A stretch of DNA of 38,932 nt from Trichomonas gallinae (taxonomy: Eukaryota). Position 1 is the first letter of the stretch, and each line of letters opens with the position of its first letter. Location: positions 1 through 38,932 of the forward strand of contig MRSU01011515.1 in assembly GCA_008369845.1 (NCBI GenBank). The letters are read 5' to 3'. This document shows, piece by piece, positions 37,957-38,932 of the stretch. The notes below the pieces were generated by a model, which did no database searches, was not told the origin of the DNA, and saw only the letters and a list, made by a program, of their open reading frames with translations. The position numbers and the translations under genes are program-made.

Positions 37957-38760
37957 ATGAATGGTGAGATTGAGAGGCATACGAAGGATAATTTAGATTT
38001 TTTATTATGCGGCGCAAAGCCATTAATCTCATCACGAAGACTTAAGAGTCCACCAGTTGTTCAAGATACGGAACAAAAGGAAGTCGATTTAACTGGATTT
38101 CCTGAACCAACTTTATCTATTAAACGAACACGACCAAAAACAGCGCAAAGTCTCAAAGATCCACTTCCAAAATCTCGAACAATGGATTGTCCTTCTTACA
38201 ATAAAGTTAAAAAAGAATTAAATGAACAAAAAATCATAAACGACTGCTTAACTATTCACGAAAACAATCAGAAACGTAAATTAGAGCAGATACACCAAGA
38301 CTGGGAGGAACAATTCATGCTTCCTTTCGATTCGAGAATGAAGAAGAAATTAAACGGAAGAGATTACAATACTTTTAGACGCTCGCAATCAAGAGCATAT
38401 ACATCTCTGAGCGCAAGGCCAATGTCTACGTCACTTTATCACGAAGAACCAGAAAAAGTTCCATTTGTGCGTGTTTCTACTTCAGGATTGGATGACAGAG
38501 TTCACAAAGCGTCAATTAATGCTAAGAAGGAGCAACAACTCACAAGAACAATCACAACATTATCTGCAAGAAAACCAGTTCCAATTGAAGACTTAGACGA
38601 CGACTTCACTACTAGACCAGAGCTAAGCAAGATTAGTCTCTTATACGAAACAAGATTTTGCGATAGAGCTGATCCTAATCCTGCTGTTGGCAAAAAGTAT
38701 TTTACCAGACATAACACGTCAAGAATTAGTCAAGTTATTAGCAATTTATCTAATAATTGA
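37957..38760 (+). CDS. Hypothetical basic protein (267 aa), weak FAM228-like resemblance
   Basis: Clear ORF. KRKLEQIHQDWEEQFMLPF resembles the FAM228 conserved helix as recalled; the family call is tentative. Confidence 0.7.
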   Translation: MNGEIERHTKDNLDFLLCGAKPLISSRRLKSPPVVQDTEQKEVDLTGFPEPTLSIKRTRPKTAQSLKDPLPKSRTMDCPSYNKVKKELNEQKIINDCLTIHENNQKRKLEQIHQDWEEQFMLPFDSRMKKKLNGRDYNTFRRSQSRAYTSLSARPMSTSLYHEEPEKVPFVRVSTSGLDDRVHKASINAKKEQQLTRTITTLSARKPVPIEDLDDDFTTRPELSKISLLYETRFCDRADPNPAVGKKYFTRHNTSRISQVISNLSNN

Positions 38761-38825
38761 TCCTATTTTAATATATTTTTATTAAATTGTTGTTTGTATA
38801 GTCCCCCAAATATTTATTTCTGAGC

Positions 38826-38878
38826 ATGGTCAATTGCCAAGGTCAATTTTTGACCATTGAATTCAAAATTTGACCTTG
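38826..38878. repeat. Overlapping inverted repeats built from GGTCAA/TTGACC
   Basis: ATGGTCAA 38826-38833 pairs with TTGACCAT 38850-38857. CAAGGTCAATTTTT 38838-38851 pairs with AAAATTTGACCTTG 38865-38878 (13/14). Confidence 0.7.
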
Positions 38879-38932
38879 TCAAAAAAACAAATTTTGGGCT
38901 TATCAAAATTGAAATAGAGCTAAATAATTGAG

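Noticed and set aside
1..38932. Spliceosomal introns, transposons (Maverick, mariner), CRISPR arrays, rRNA
   Set aside because: No ACTAACACACAG-type intron 3' motif, transposase/integrase ORF, long terminal inverted repeat, repeat-spacer array or rRNA-like sequence was seen.

Overview
AT-rich eukaryotic genomic DNA with about 18 apparently intronless genes and short spacers. TCA(T/C)TTTT initiator elements sit just upstream of ATGs, several stop codons read TAAA, and the window carries a BspA-type LRR gene and a multi-TM adenylyl/guanylyl cyclase-family gene. Together these point to Trichomonas vaginalis or a close trichomonad (inference). Genes in order: ACC-synthase-like PLP aminotransferase, long coiled-coil protein, large mucin-like type I membrane protein, Rap/RalGAP-domain protein, a Med28-like and a Med20-like gene tail-to-tail, two hypotheticals head-to-head, a strongly codon-biased prenyltransferase-repeat membrane protein, an ARM-like protein, BspA (start codon missing), a WDR60-like dynein-2 intermediate chain, a catalytically degenerate TM cyclase, a Ubp3/USP10-like deubiquitinase, acetoacetyl-CoA thiolase and a FAM228-like hypothetical. 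The most unusual item is a ~550-nt non-coding, hairpin-dense segment (35650-36200, minus strand). It has its own Inr plus a Myb-like site and is punctuated by a 31-bp direct repeat, making it a candidate unannotated structured RNA or H/ACA-like cluster. All family calls come from motif recognition by eye; no searches or folding programs were run.
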